DNA of 64,000 nt from IMG/VR virus record IMGVR_UViG_3300047476_000704, positions 130,857 to 194,856 of that record. One strand, given 5' to 3'. Position 1 is the first letter of the stretch; each line of letters opens with the position of its first letter. The position numbers were made by a program, and so were the translations under genes. The notes under the pieces are model-generated. The model did no database searches and was not told the DNA's origin. It saw nothing but the letters and a program-made list of their open reading frames with translations. Source of the DNA: a virus. Positions 8,804-19,536 of this stretch are shown piece after piece.

Positions 8804-11800
8804 TTATAGAGAACCACTAATTTTTGCCTCTAATTCTTCTACTCTTTTATTTAAATCTTGTACAACCTTTATCATAGATGAAAATATGGATTGATAATAT
8901 ACACCATCTACACTTCCAGAATTATCATAAATTACCCAATCTTTATAATTCAAATCATCAACTTCTTCTGCTATAAGTCCTGCGTGTAATACATCCGAAA
9001 CCTCTGTATCTTTATCTTTGAAAGATACGATGTTCAAATTTAAAATTCTTTTTGCGGATGTTAGTGATAAAGAATTTATTTCTTTTTTATATTTTCTAGA
9101 TGATGAAACCTTTTTTACATTACCACTCCCATCAACGCCCAAAGTAGTTAAACCGGATGCCGAATATAAAAAATCAAATTGTAAAGAATTATCATGTCCA
9201 CCTTGATTTTGAACATTTTGATATAATCTCAATCTTTGTGTAAACATTGAGTAATCTTGAACTTCGGAATTAAAATTATAACTTACATAACTAATACCAC
9301 CACTACTTAATCTAAAATTACCAAATGTTACACCACCACTACTAATGGTTACATCTCCAAATGTTCCACTTGCACCGGATATTGAACCGGCAAATGTTCC
9401 AGTTGCTCCGGTTATGTTTGCGCCACTTAAATTTCCACTAAAAGTACCACTAGCTCCGGTTATATCACCCTTAAAAGATGCATTTCCAGATGTATCTATA
9501 TAAAATTTTTGAGAAGAAATGTAACCACTAGAACCCAATCTTATACCTTGAGAAGTATATGAGCCATTACCACCTCCAGATGGTGAACCACCTTGAATTT
9601 CACTTGAATTGATTACCCAACCACCAACACTACCTGCTGTTTTTGCATCACCATTGGCTTGATACCCAGCGTTATTAGTTAAACTTGTAATATTGTTGCC
9701 ACTTACAATTATACTACCAGCACTAATAACCCCACTAACATCTATTCTATTTGCAGAAACAGTACCAGTAGTAATAGCATTTCCGCTAATGGATGTAACA
9801 TATCCATTTACATCTCCACCACCAATTTTAGAATTTATTGTGTCATATGTAGTACCACTTGTAATTGTAACATTACCACTTATAGTTGCAGATGCCGCGT
9901 ATAATGAACCATCAAGATATACTCTAAATGGTGCTGAATTAAATGATGCATTACCTAAATAAATACCGTTACTATCTGCTTTAAAAATACTATTACCACT
10001 ACCAATTGAAATCGTACCACCACTCAAAGCACCAGTAAATGTACCGCTTGCCGCACTTAAAGCTCCACTAAATGTTCCACCAGCTGCTGATAAGTTACCA
10101 CTAAAAGTACCACTACCATTTATGGATAAATTAGTACCATCAAAAGTAAGTTTATCCGTTAATGAAAATTTACCATCACTATCTAAATAAACTTTAGTGT
10201 TACTATTATTGTATGTACCAGTACCAATGTATATTCTACGAGTAGATGTAGTTGCATCTAATACAATTGAGTTGGGTGGCGCACCAACAGTAAACTTACC
10301 ACTTATATATCCGGCTTGTCCACCAATTACAGGTGAAAATACAGTTGTATTATCTATAAATGTACCACTAAATCCACCATTAGCTAATGTTTGTAAATTA
10401 AAAAAGGATTGTGAATAAGTAGTTGCAACACTTCTACTTACACTTTGAGATAATTGTGATACGGAACTTGATATACTACTTGTTAAACTACCACTTAAAC
10501 TATTACTACCACTAAATATATCTTCAAAATACGAACTTGAAAAATTTGTTATACTACCACTAACAGCAGATACGCTACTTGCTATCGTTGTTAAATTATC
10601 ATTACCACCCGTAAATGTTTGAGATGCCGTTACTGCTACTGGAATGTAATTATTATTTACATCAAAAAACTCAAATTTAAAGTTAAAAGTTTCGTTTGAT
10701 ATATTTGTTGGCATTGATACAATGAACGATACCTCATTTGGTGAAAATACAGTTTCTGATGATGCTCTTAAACTAATATCTTTTAAAAACCAATTACCTT
10801 GCGTTTGCTTAAAATATAATGAAGCAGTTGATTCTGAATTTGGTAAAGAAAATTGAGATACATAATTTGTTAAATTACGAGTTGGAAATAATCCATTGAT
10901 TGTATCAATTTTTCTATTACCATTTTGAGAACCACTAATGTATATTTCCAAATTACTTTGAGATGAACCTGTGTAAAATCCATCAAATGCCAATTCATAT
11001 ACAGTTATATCACTCAAATCCAATTTGGGTATGTATGTAAAATTACCATTACCATTAAGTTTAACCGAAGTTGAACCTGAAAATTGGTTTGTATCCAATG
11101 TTGCCGTTAAAGAACCACTATTCCAAAATTTAGAAAGAACTTCCGAATTAAAAAATCCAGTATCAGTTACTACACTTCCAGTTGCCTCAAAAGATTGTAA
11201 TAATTCCTTTGCTTCAATTTGTATATCTTGTATTAACTCAAAATCACTAACAGTACCTTCCGATGTACGATATACCTTTACTCTCTTTACATCACCAGCA
11301 AATGTTTCTAAACGAGATAATTTAATGTTAGCGTATGATGCAGTAATTGCAGAAGCAGATACCGATGAACCAGATACATTGTAAATTGGTTTTAATAATT
11401 CGGTAATAGTTGCTTTTGGTCTATAAAAGAAACGAACACGTGTTGTGTTTGCAAGATTTGGATTTATATTAGCTTGTCCAATGTAACGAACATTGTATTT
11501 ACCTTTCCATATTTCAGGTACTTCCGTTTTACTACCATTATTATCGTAAAACTTTAACTCACCTAAAATTGTAATAGTACAAGGACCAAATGCAGTTGAA
11601 TCTTTAGCTTGAGCTACACTATCATTTGGATAAACATAAACAGCTACTACTTTTGATATACCCTCATAGTATTCAGGAGAACCATCGGATGTTTCTGTAT
11701 AAACTACTCTACCATTTGCATCTCTAATCTGAACAATTACTTCGGTATTTGGTTCTAAATATTCCGTACCTGCAATTAAGAAAGCATTTTTACCACCTGT

Positions 11801-11917
11801 AAATGTGTCAGGTAGTTCTGTTAGATTAAAATATTGTGATGTTACACGTCTATCTTCAAGGAATACTGATGTGTATTCTAACCTCTCGTCAGGCGCAACT
11901 TTAACTTCTACTGCCAT
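8804..11917 (-). CDS. tail fibre/receptor-binding protein with C-terminal peptidase S74 intramolecular chaperone
   Basis: Gly/Ser-rich GxFSGxLSAA repeats; SSRKYKKEI...HAGLIAEEV...VYYQSIFSSMIKVVQDL coiled-coil end. Confidence 0.85.
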   Translation of the reverse strand: MAVEVKVAPDERLEYTSVFLEDRRVTSQYFNLTELPDTFTGGKNAFLIAGTEYLEPNTEVIVQIRDANGRVVYTETSDGSPEYYEGISKVVAVYVYPNDSVAQAKDSTAFGPCTITILGELKFYDNNGSKTEVPEIWKGKYNVRYIGQANINPNLANTTRVRFFYRPKATITELLKPIYNVSGSSVSASAITASYANIKLSRLETFAGDVKRVKVYRTSEGTVSDFELIQDIQIEAKELLQSFEATGSVVTDTGFFNSEVLSKFWNSGSLTATLDTNQFSGSTSVKLNGNGNFTYIPKLDLSDITVYELAFDGFYTGSSQSNLEIYISGSQNGNRKIDTINGLFPTRNLTNYVSQFSLPNSESTASLYFKQTQGNWFLKDISLRASSETVFSPNEVSFIVSMPTNISNETFNFKFEFFDVNNNYIPVAVTASQTFTGGNDNLTTIASSVSAVSGSITNFSSSYFEDIFSGSNSLSGSLTSSISSSVSQLSQSVSRSVATTYSQSFFNLQTLANGGFSGTFIDNTTVFSPVIGGQAGYISGKFTVGAPPNSIVLDATTSTRRIYIGTGTYNNSNTKVYLDSDGKFSLTDKLTFDGTNLSINGSGTFSGNLSAAGGTFSGALSAASGTFTGALSGGTISIGSGNSIFKADSNGIYLGNASFNSAPFRVYLDGSLYAASATISGNVTITSGTTYDTINSKIGGGDVNGYVTSISGNAITTGTVSANRIDVSGVISAGSIIVSGNNITSLTNNAGYQANGDAKTAGSVGGWVINSSEIQGGSPSGGGNGSYTSQGIRLGSSGYISSQKFYIDTSGNASFKGDITGASGTFSGNLSGANITGATGTFAGSISGASGTFGDVTISSGGVTFGNFRLSSGGISYVSYNFNSEVQDYSMFTQRLRLYQNVQNQGGHDNSLQFDFLYSASGLTTLGVDGSGNVKKVSSSRKYKKEINSLSLTSAKRILNLNIVSFKDKDTEVSDVLHAGLIAEEVDDLNYKDWVIYDNSGSVDGVYYQSIFSSMIKVVQDLNKRVEELEAKISGSL
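9340..10120 (-). repeat. intragenic Gly/Ser-rich repeats in tail fibre (two clusters, about 9340-9480 and 10010-10120)
   Basis: GASGTFSGNLSGA/GGTFSGALSAASGTFTGALSGG. Confidence 0.7.
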
Positions 11918-11964
11918 AAATGTAGGATATTCTTTTATATAAATATCCTACTTATGGTTTTTTG

Positions 11965-14900
11965 TTATTTGTGTGAGATTTTTGAATATCCGTTTTCCTT
12001 TTTGATTTCAACCAACGAATCTACTACATCACGAATTTGGTCCAAATGAGAAATGATAGTTACAAAATCAAATTGTGTTTTAAGATACTGAAACAATAAG
12101 AATGTAGATTGTAAGTTTTCACCATCCAATGTTCCAAATCCTTCATCCAATACCAAAAAATTAGGACGAGGTAAATTACATACATTGATTAGTGCAACTC
12201 TAATTGCCAATCCACTAATGAACTTCTCCATACCACTACACATCTCCAATCCCCACTCTTGGTCTTCATATACTATGTTGGCATTTACATTCTTACCATC
12301 CATCGTAAGAGTGATACCAAAGTCTACAATTTGAGATAGAATATTGTTTACTTCACCTTCAATTACAGGTAAGGATTTTGCAATCAAATCATAAGATACA
12401 CCATCTCTTTTAACCGCATCTAAATAGTACTCATATGTAGAATATCTTTCCTCTAATTCTTTGGCTTCCTCAATCTTTTCGTTAATACTAGCAATCTTTT
12501 CTTGTAATCTTGATATTGAACCAGTTAATGACAACATTTCTTTTTGTATGGAGGAAATATTTGTATCAACATTTTCAATATTACTTTTAGCAATATTGAT
12601 GTCTTTTTGAAGAACTTTATTGTTTTGGATTGTTGCTTCGTTTTCATGATACTTCTGGATTAAAGTTTGGATATTTTGTAACTCCAATTCAGCTGCTTGC
12701 TTTTTACTTTCGTATGATTTAATATCAACTACTAACTTTTCAGCACTCAACTTACCCTTATCAAACTTTTGTTTAAATGATTTGTACTCATTATAATTAT
12801 CAACTACACCATTTAATTTTTCTAATTTGTATAGAGTTTTAGAATAATTTTTTTCCAACTCTTCCAATACAATCTTTTGAGAATCAACTTCTTCTTGTGT
12901 TTTTTGCGCATCCTTTACGAATACATTGTTCATACAAAAATTACAATTAGGGTCATACTCATGCTCCGCCAAATGTACCAACTTTTCTTCATTCTTTTCC
13001 AATGAAATCTTACACTTTTCAATTGAGTGTAAAGAAGATGTTTGTAAGTTAGATAATCGTAGATATTCAGTATGTGCAGTTTCAATATCCAATTCCCCAA
13101 ATGTTGCTAACTCATTTACACTTTGTGAGATTTGAATTAACGCATCTTTGAATTGCTCTAATTGGTCTAACTTTTTAGCTTCATCATCTTTTAGTTGTTG
13201 GATTTTATCTTCCTGCTCTTTTTTCTTTTTTTCCAACCCATCAATATCAGCAATACCAGCATCCACTGGAACTAATTGTTGTGTAAGTTCCAATAGTGTA
13301 TTGTTGTAGTTTGAACGATTATCTATTAGTTCCTTATGCTTTCCTTCTTCAACGGAATAACTATCGCTTAAAGCAACTACTTTTAACTCATCATTGGCCA
13401 ATTCGGTAGTGAAATCATTTGATTTAAATTTCTTTAATAAGACCTGAACCTCCTTAATATCTTCCAAAGCATATGCGTACAATTTATCAAATACATTGAT
13501 ACCCATAAATTGTGCTAACAAATCCTTTCGTTCCGATTGGGATTTATCAATAAACAAAGCATTATTACCTTGTAACGATAATGCGGTTAATACAAAATCT
13601 TCATAAGTTCCCAAATATTGAGAGATGTTTTTATTTGTATCTCTACGCTCTGTACCATTTAATAAGATTTGCTGTCCATCAACTTCTTTCCAGAACTGAA
13701 CATCTACCTTTACATTTGTTCCTTTTGAGTTTTGCTGTGCAGTTCTTTCAATGTAAAAATCTTCATCGTTTATTTGGAAATGTAATTTACACTTAAAGTT
13801 TGTTTTACGATTGTTTAATATCGCTGATGCTCTAAATGCTCTACTACATTTATCAAATGCACAAAATGATACTGCATCAAAGATTGATGATTTACCACTT
13901 GCGTTTGGAGCAAATAATCCAATGATACCATTTAACTTTGTGAAATCAATAACATTATCTTCTCCGTATGAGAACATATTTGAAAACTCAAATTTAATAG
14001 GTTTCCATATAATGTTTTTAGCCAAATCTTCATCTGTCAGTTTTTTGTTTAATTCCGTATTTAATGATTTTACATTTGCAAGAGATTGCGCATCAATTGA
14101 AAAAGAACGAACTAAATAATCTTCAATCAATCCATTTTGGTAATCTACATCGTTAATATCGCCAATGTTAATTTTACCATCTCTAACGCCGTTACGGAGT
14201 TTAGATAAACTATCTGTTTTAGTAATCGTAAATTCATCAACATTATATCTTTTTTTAATTTCAGTAGTAACTCTCTTCATATCACCAACATCCGTATTGG
14301 ATACATAGACACGAAGACGTGGTTTTTTTGGCATATCCGTAACGGATGGAACTATACCATTATCAACATGCAATGTATAGTAACCATATTCGTTTGGAAT
14401 ATCAACATAGGTAGGAGTCAAAGTATCAACATCCCAAATAGCATATCCGTGATTTTCTAATGCCTCACCATGCGATTGCTGAATAAGTGAACCCGGATAA
14501 ACTACGATTGGGTTTTTATCTTTAACAGTTTGTCTTTTATGAATATCACCTAATAGTGCAGCATCATATCCATCAAAAATATCAGTTGTAAAATTACGGG
14601 AACTTACCACATAACCAATATCGGTTTGTGATTTATCAATAGGCCCGTGAAAAAGTGCTATCTTAACATCACCCTGAATATCGGCTCCTTTTGGCCAATT
14701 CTCCTTCTTATCAAAGATGCTGAATACACCAAATGTAATATTGTGAACCTTAACTACATCGGTATCTCTTAAATAATATAAGTTAGGTAAATTAAGTCCA
14801 TCAACAATAGGAGTCAATGCATCTAATCTGTGGATATTATTTAGATTACAATCGTGGTTACCCGCAATTAAAAATGTAGGACACAACTCCGAGCATTCTC

Positions 14901-15132
14901 TTAAAAAATCTGAAATCTCCTTTACCAACTCTGGCGATAATTCCAATTTAGCATGTGCAATATCTCCAGCTAAATAAATAATAGCGTCATCAGTACCACG
15001 TTGCTTAATATCTGAATATAATTTACTAAATACTTCTCTGTATTCATTGTGTCTCTTCAAATTGCGAATGTGGACATCTGCAATATGATAAATGGTCTTA
15101 ATTTTCTTAAAACCTAAATCTATATTTCTCAT
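11965..15132 (-). CDS. fused SbcD/Mre11 (gp47-like) nuclease and SbcC/Rad50 (gp46-like) ATPase
   Basis: ADVH, GDIAH, GNHD, FHG, GDIHK phosphoesterase motifs, then FAPNASGKSS (Walker A), coiled coil with CNFC hook, CSGMEK signature, LDEGFGTLD, IISH. Confidence 0.92.
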   Translation of the reverse strand: MRNIDLGFKKIKTIYHIADVHIRNLKRHNEYREVFSKLYSDIKQRGTDDAIIYLAGDIAHAKLELSPELVKEISDFLRECSELCPTFLIAGNHDCNLNNIHRLDALTPIVDGLNLPNLYYLRDTDVVKVHNITFGVFSIFDKKENWPKGADIQGDVKIALFHGPIDKSQTDIGYVVSSRNFTTDIFDGYDAALLGDIHKRQTVKDKNPIVVYPGSLIQQSHGEALENHGYAIWDVDTLTPTYVDIPNEYGYYTLHVDNGIVPSVTDMPKKPRLRVYVSNTDVGDMKRVTTEIKKRYNVDEFTITKTDSLSKLRNGVRDGKINIGDINDVDYQNGLIEDYLVRSFSIDAQSLANVKSLNTELNKKLTDEDLAKNIIWKPIKFEFSNMFSYGEDNVIDFTKLNGIIGLFAPNASGKSSIFDAVSFCAFDKCSRAFRASAILNNRKTNFKCKLHFQINDEDFYIERTAQQNSKGTNVKVDVQFWKEVDGQQILLNGTERRDTNKNISQYLGTYEDFVLTALSLQGNNALFIDKSQSERKDLLAQFMGINVFDKLYAYALEDIKEVQVLLKKFKSNDFTTELANDELKVVALSDSYSVEEGKHKELIDNRSNYNNTLLELTQQLVPVDAGIADIDGLEKKKKEQEDKIQQLKDDEAKKLDQLEQFKDALIQISQSVNELATFGELDIETAHTEYLRLSNLQTSSLHSIEKCKISLEKNEEKLVHLAEHEYDPNCNFCMNNVFVKDAQKTQEEVDSQKIVLEELEKNYSKTLYKLEKLNGVVDNYNEYKSFKQKFDKGKLSAEKLVVDIKSYESKKQAAELELQNIQTLIQKYHENEATIQNNKVLQKDINIAKSNIENVDTNISSIQKEMLSLTGSISRLQEKIASINEKIEEAKELEERYSTYEYYLDAVKRDGVSYDLIAKSLPVIEGEVNNILSQIVDFGITLTMDGKNVNANIVYEDQEWGLEMCSGMEKFISGLAIRVALINVCNLPRPNFLVLDEGFGTLDGENLQSTFLLFQYLKTQFDFVTIISHLDQIRDVVDSLVEIKKENGYSKISHK

Positions 15133-16118
15133 TTAATAAAAGATAGTTTCTGTTTGATTAAACTTTCAAAACTCAAAGTTACGGAATTTTTCTGATATAT
15201 CAAAATATCTTTGAACTTTAATTCTCCAGCATCCTTTTCCTGAAAATCTATTAACTTTATTGTTGGTATTATTGTATTATATTTTTCGTAAATCTTTAAC
15301 GAATCTTGTTTAGCATCGTTATCCAGTGCAATTACTATTTCTTTAACTTCACCATCAGCTACTCTTTTTCTAATTTCAGTATCCAACTTTCTTGGTACAA
15401 ATTTACCAAACAAAGGAATAGCATTTCTCTTTAAAGCAATTGCATCAAAAGCACCTTCGCATAATGTAATTGGTTCAGTCCAATCTATTTGATTTTCAAA
15501 AGCAATTATATTTTTACTTACAGGTGGATTCTTATATTTGTATTTACTTTGTGGGTCAATATGTCTTGCAATAAAATAGTTCAACATACCATCTTTATCA
15601 TATGATGGAATAATTACTCTATCCTTATACATACCCTCCGATGTAAACCCAATGTTATATTTAATTATTTCTTTCTTACTTAAACCTCTATTTTTTAGAT
15701 ATTGGATAGCATGTCCCTCAATTGGATTGGTAACATTTGGTTTTAGTTCTAATGCTGATTTGAATCCTGGAGGTAGCGATAAGTACACATGGTTTTCAGC
15801 ATCTTCTTCCTCATACTTTTCCCACATATCTAAAAACTGCTCATTAAGAGTTTTGTTAGAACTCATAGCAGTTTTTAATTTAGTATTAGATTCGCCAAAG
15901 ATAATTTGTAAATCATCGGTGTTCATACCAATTCGCTTTGCCAAATATGTTATACTACCACCTGAATTACATACCCAACAATGGAACTTATTGGTTCGTG
16001 TATTGACTTGTAGCTTTGGTTTGTGGTGATGACAAAATGGACAATGAAAAGCATGCTCATCTTTTTTGAGAGTGAGTGAACTTCCTAAATACTTTTGAAA
16101 AAGACTTATTACTTGCAT
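15129..16118 (-). CDS. dnaG: DNA primase (zinc finger plus TOPRIM)
   Basis: CPFCHHHK..HCWVC zinc finger; YLKNRG; EGAFDA and ALDNDA TOPRIM motifs. Confidence 0.9.
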   Translation of the reverse strand: MQVISLFQKYLGSSLTLKKDEHAFHCPFCHHHKPKLQVNTRTNKFHCWVCNSGGSITYLAKRIGMNTDDLQIIFGESNTKLKTAMSSNKTLNEQFLDMWEKYEEEDAENHVYLSLPPGFKSALELKPNVTNPIEGHAIQYLKNRGLSKKEIIKYNIGFTSEGMYKDRVIIPSYDKDGMLNYFIARHIDPQSKYKYKNPPVSKNIIAFENQIDWTEPITLCEGAFDAIALKRNAIPLFGKFVPRKLDTEIRKRVADGEVKEIVIALDNDAKQDSLKIYEKYNTIIPTIKLIDFQEKDAGELKFKDILIYQKNSVTLSFESLIKQKLSFIK

Positions 16119-16122
16119 ACAT

Positions 16123-16154
16123 CAAATATACAAAAAATAATTCACATTTCCAAA
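16123..16154 (-). promoter_or_regulatory. Bacteroidota-type promoter (primase)
   Basis: TTTG-N20-TATATTTG. Confidence 0.75.
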
Positions 16155-16161
16155 TTATTTA

Positions 16162-16569
16162 TTACTCATTTATCCACTCTTCTGGAATTGTTTTATCTGC
16201 GAACTTAAAGCCATTCTTATTACACCAATCGGCATATGTAGTTTTAGATGCTTTACTGATTTTGTTTTTGGATGATGTAAATACAAAACGAATATCCAAA
16301 TTAGGATGTTGTTGTTTAATTAGTAGATGTTTTTTTCTATCGGACAAAACAAATCTACCTTTGGTTTCTACTATGATACCATTTGGTAATTTGAAATCAG
16401 GAAGATATTTGTGATTTGTAGCAGGAACAATATAATTTACTACATTATCCTTACTTTCGTATTCAAACTTGATTTTTTTAGAAGTGAGTTGATTAGATAC
16501 TACCTCTTCCAACCCACTTCTAAATCCGTTTGCTATTGCTGTACTTTTATAACTTCTTTTTTTAGCCAA
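16162..16569 (-). CDS. T7 endonuclease I-family Holliday junction resolvase
   Basis: FRSGLE..YLPDF.LPNGIIVETKGRF..DRKKHLLIKQQHPNLDIRFVF. Confidence 0.92.
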   Translation of the reverse strand: MAKKRSYKSTAIANGFRSGLEEVVSNQLTSKKIKFEYESKDNVVNYIVPATNHKYLPDFKLPNGIIVETKGRFVLSDRKKHLLIKQQHPNLDIRFVFTSSKNKISKASKTTYADWCNKNGFKFADKTIPEEWINE

Positions 16570-16573
16570 AATT

Positions 16574-16921
16574 TTATTTTGTTTTAGGGTCTATTGTTTT
16601 TAAGTATGATTTTTCACTATTAAATGGTGAAATACCACTTTCATTAAACCATTTAAATCCTGTATTTGTTGATAATTTATCAAATGGTTTATTTGTTTTT
16701 TCCGTTTTCATATTTACCATTTTGAAATCGGTTTCTCTCCAACCTTTAGCTGGTATATTTGTTCTAAATCCATCAACAGATTCTATACCTTCATATGGTT
16801 GTTTTAAAAAATCTACACCCAGTGCCTTATCTACACCCTTTGAATCTCTATTTTCTCCTGCAAATTTATCATTACCATTGTAAGTATCTAATATACTACC
16901 TTTCCAAATTGCCTTTGCCAT
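16574..16921 (-). CDS. hypothetical protein
   Basis: 115-aa ORF, co-directional, late motif at 16946. Confidence 0.6.
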   Translation of the reverse strand: MAKAIWKGSILDTYNGNDKFAGENRDSKGVDKALGVDFLKQPYEGIESVDGFRTNIPAKGWRETDFKMVNMKTEKTNKPFDKLSTNTGFKWFNESGISPFNSEKSYLKTIDPKTK

Positions 16922-16967
16922 TTTTAATTTTCTCCTTTTATATAATATAAATATATAGTATTATTTT

Positions 16968-18215
16968 TTAAGTATCTATTCTAACAATAAAGTTTACTGG
17001 GAAATCTGGTAGTGATTTTATTGGCTTACCCAATTTAGCCACCGCAACCATTGTCATTGAATCATCGTATAGACCAATTGTGGTTATGTATGGTGCAAGA
17101 TACGAACCAGTCGGGTCTATTGAAGAAGATACTTCGTAATCGCCAAATCCACCCTTTGTTACACCATTATGTAGAGATGTTATATTGTAATCTATTACAT
17201 TACCATCTGATAGTGTACTTTTCTTTCTAATGTATTTTACACCATCTACATGGTAATAATATGGATATGTCTTTGTATCATGTGAATCTTTACTAAAATC
17301 CCACAATGATGAAGATGCAATATACCCACCAACCTCAACTATTGCAGTTGGATTTGTAGATACATTAAATTCATCTTCTCCAACTATAATATAATATTCA
17401 TTTTCATATATTGTATTTGTACCCTTATATTCTATTTTAAAATTTGTAATTTCGGTATCAAAGTTTGTACTTTTTGTTAATGTAATAATACCATGTTCAT
17501 AGCTAACATTACCAACTACATTTTTTGCATATTTAAATTGTGTTATATTAGATTCGGTTTCAACTTGACCTATATTGTATGCTTCTGAATCACTACCATC
17601 ACCTTCGCCAGATGATAATTTAAATACTATAAACCCACTATCACCTAAATCGGTTTGAACTACCAATATTTGAGTTTCAGCATCAAACGATACAATAGTT
17701 AAATCTATTATATTACCCACACCATCTCTAATTTGAAAAACGGATGTTTGTAGATTTAACGCTAATACATCAAATATTTCTTTATTACTTAAAAGATTAC
17801 CATACCCATCATCTATGATTAACTTTGGTGCTTCCGTTTCTAAACTATCAATATCGGTTAATGTTATTGATTTCGGTTTTATTTCTTCACCATAATGATT
17901 TTGTGGTATAGTAAATACAACGCACTTATTACCCAATACACGCTTACCATATGTGGCTGTATCGGTTACATAATCGGGTATTTCTCTACTATATGTTCTT
18001 AATGGATTGTATATTTCATCATAATACATTCTGTGGACTTGGTGCCATAATGAATGTAAAAATAATTCATTAGAAGTTAAAGTATGCTCTGGTGCATATT
18101 TGTTTTCTGCTAAATATCTATAATAACCACTACCACTATCTGCATTTGTTGCAGTATATGATTTGTAGACCTTAAATGGTCTTATACTAATATCACTTTT
18201 AGGTATTTTCTTCAT
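16968..18215 (-). CDS. virion structural protein (tail/baseplate), shares C-terminal module with next ORF
   Basis: C-terminal PYITTIGLYDD..MVAVAKLGKPI..FIVRIDT. Confidence 0.65.
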   Translation of the reverse strand: MKKIPKSDISIRPFKVYKSYTATNADSGSGYYRYLAENKYAPEHTLTSNELFLHSLWHQVHRMYYDEIYNPLRTYSREIPDYVTDTATYGKRVLGNKCVVFTIPQNHYGEEIKPKSITLTDIDSLETEAPKLIIDDGYGNLLSNKEIFDVLALNLQTSVFQIRDGVGNIIDLTIVSFDAETQILVVQTDLGDSGFIVFKLSSGEGDGSDSEAYNIGQVETESNITQFKYAKNVVGNVSYEHGIITLTKSTNFDTEITNFKIEYKGTNTIYENEYYIIVGEDEFNVSTNPTAIVEVGGYIASSSLWDFSKDSHDTKTYPYYYHVDGVKYIRKKSTLSDGNVIDYNITSLHNGVTKGGFGDYEVSSSIDPTGSYLAPYITTIGLYDDSMTMVAVAKLGKPIKSLPDFPVNFIVRIDT

Positions 18216-18231
18216 CTATAATAAATATAAT

Positions 18232-18265
18232 AAAAAGAAAAACCCATCTTTTTGGGATGGGTTTT
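18232..18265 (-). terminator. intrinsic terminator
   Basis: AAAACCCATC/GATGGGTTTT stem followed by T-run on the minus strand. Confidence 0.75.
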
Positions 18266-18284
18266 CAATTTGAGTTATTGTTTA

Positions 18285-19514
18285 TTAGAAATCCAATTTA
18301 ACTTTTAATACCAATTCTTTTGAGAATGATTTTTCAATTGGTTTAGAAGTTTTTGCTACTGCTAATAATTCGTTTGCATCGTTATATAGACCTATTGTTG
18401 TAATATATGCCTTTGGGTCTGTTTTAAATGTATCTTGATAGAATGTTCCTTGTGAACCGCTTGTGTAAGTTGGGTTATTTGAGTAGTTAAATTCTCTATT
18501 GAATACTCTTACAAAGTAATGTGATGTAGAAACATTTTCAGTTCTTCTTGCTTCAAAATCCGCACCACCTTTGATTGCGTTAAACAATCTTCTATGATTA
18601 AATTCATAAGAAACATAAGAACCAGATGGAGTCAATTCAGCTCCAACTACTGTTGCTAATGCAGTAGGGTTCAATAATATAATACCTTGTTCTGGGTAAA
18701 ACTTACCATAACCATATCCACCAGTTGCCGTACTTCTACTTACAATAGTTGCTGCGTTGTTAGTTCCCAAATTCAATGAACCAGAAACCATATTAAATTC
18801 TCTTACACCATAGTTTGTTTGATAATCAAATTTCTGTCCACTATCATCAATCAAAGTAATTGTACCTGCTGAACCCGATAATGTCAATGAGATATTTCCA
18901 GCATCCATTCTTTCTCTGTATCTTGCACGAGAAACATTTACGATATAAACATCATCACTTTCATAACCATCTGCTGTACTACCTGTATAAAAAGTAAATT
19001 TAGGTTTTGCTGCATCTAACAATAAAGAACGATATTGTACATATGTTGCTTTTGTTGGTAGAGTAGATATATCATTTGCTGCTAAATTAGGAGCCCCAGC
19101 ACCACTAATGTGCCCATAAGATACAGCAAACTCAACTTCTGCACTTGCGGTTGTTTCTGATGCGTAAATATTGTAGTAGTATTCATCGGTTGCTGAACCA
19201 CTTTGACCCGCAACTGCTGATGTAGAACCGGTAAAGAATGTAGTTAAACTACCATCTCCACTACTCCACAAACCAGTTGTTACGATTTCATTCTTTGCAG
19301 TTACAATATCAGTTGTATTGAATTGCTTGTAGATTGAGTTTGTAACAACACCAGTTTCAGTTACTAATTGTTCACCAGTTGTTAAATATCTGTTAATGAT
19401 TCCAGCCAATTGGGTTGTATCTAATGCGCCATTAGCTGCTTGCTTTTGCCCATTTAGATACTGTGCTAAATCGTTAATAAGTTGGGTACCTGTATTTTGT
19501 CCTAAAGTTGCCAT
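18285..19514 (-). CDS. virion structural protein (tail/baseplate)
   Basis: C-terminal YITTIGLYNDANELLAVAKTSKPI..LKVKLDF, resembling the C-half of tail-collar-fibre (DUF3751-like) domains. Confidence 0.65.
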   Translation of the reverse strand: MATLGQNTGTQLINDLAQYLNGQKQAANGALDTTQLAGIINRYLTTGEQLVTETGVVTNSIYKQFNTTDIVTAKNEIVTTGLWSSGDGSLTTFFTGSTSAVAGQSGSATDEYYYNIYASETTASAEVEFAVSYGHISGAGAPNLAANDISTLPTKATYVQYRSLLLDAAKPKFTFYTGSTADGYESDDVYIVNVSRARYRERMDAGNISLTLSGSAGTITLIDDSGQKFDYQTNYGVREFNMVSGSLNLGTNNAATIVSRSTATGGYGYGKFYPEQGIILLNPTALATVVGAELTPSGSYVSYEFNHRRLFNAIKGGADFEARRTENVSTSHYFVRVFNREFNYSNNPTYTSGSQGTFYQDTFKTDPKAYITTIGLYNDANELLAVAKTSKPIEKSFSKELVLKVKLDF

Positions 19515-19536
19515 ATTTTTTTGTTATCCAATTTTA

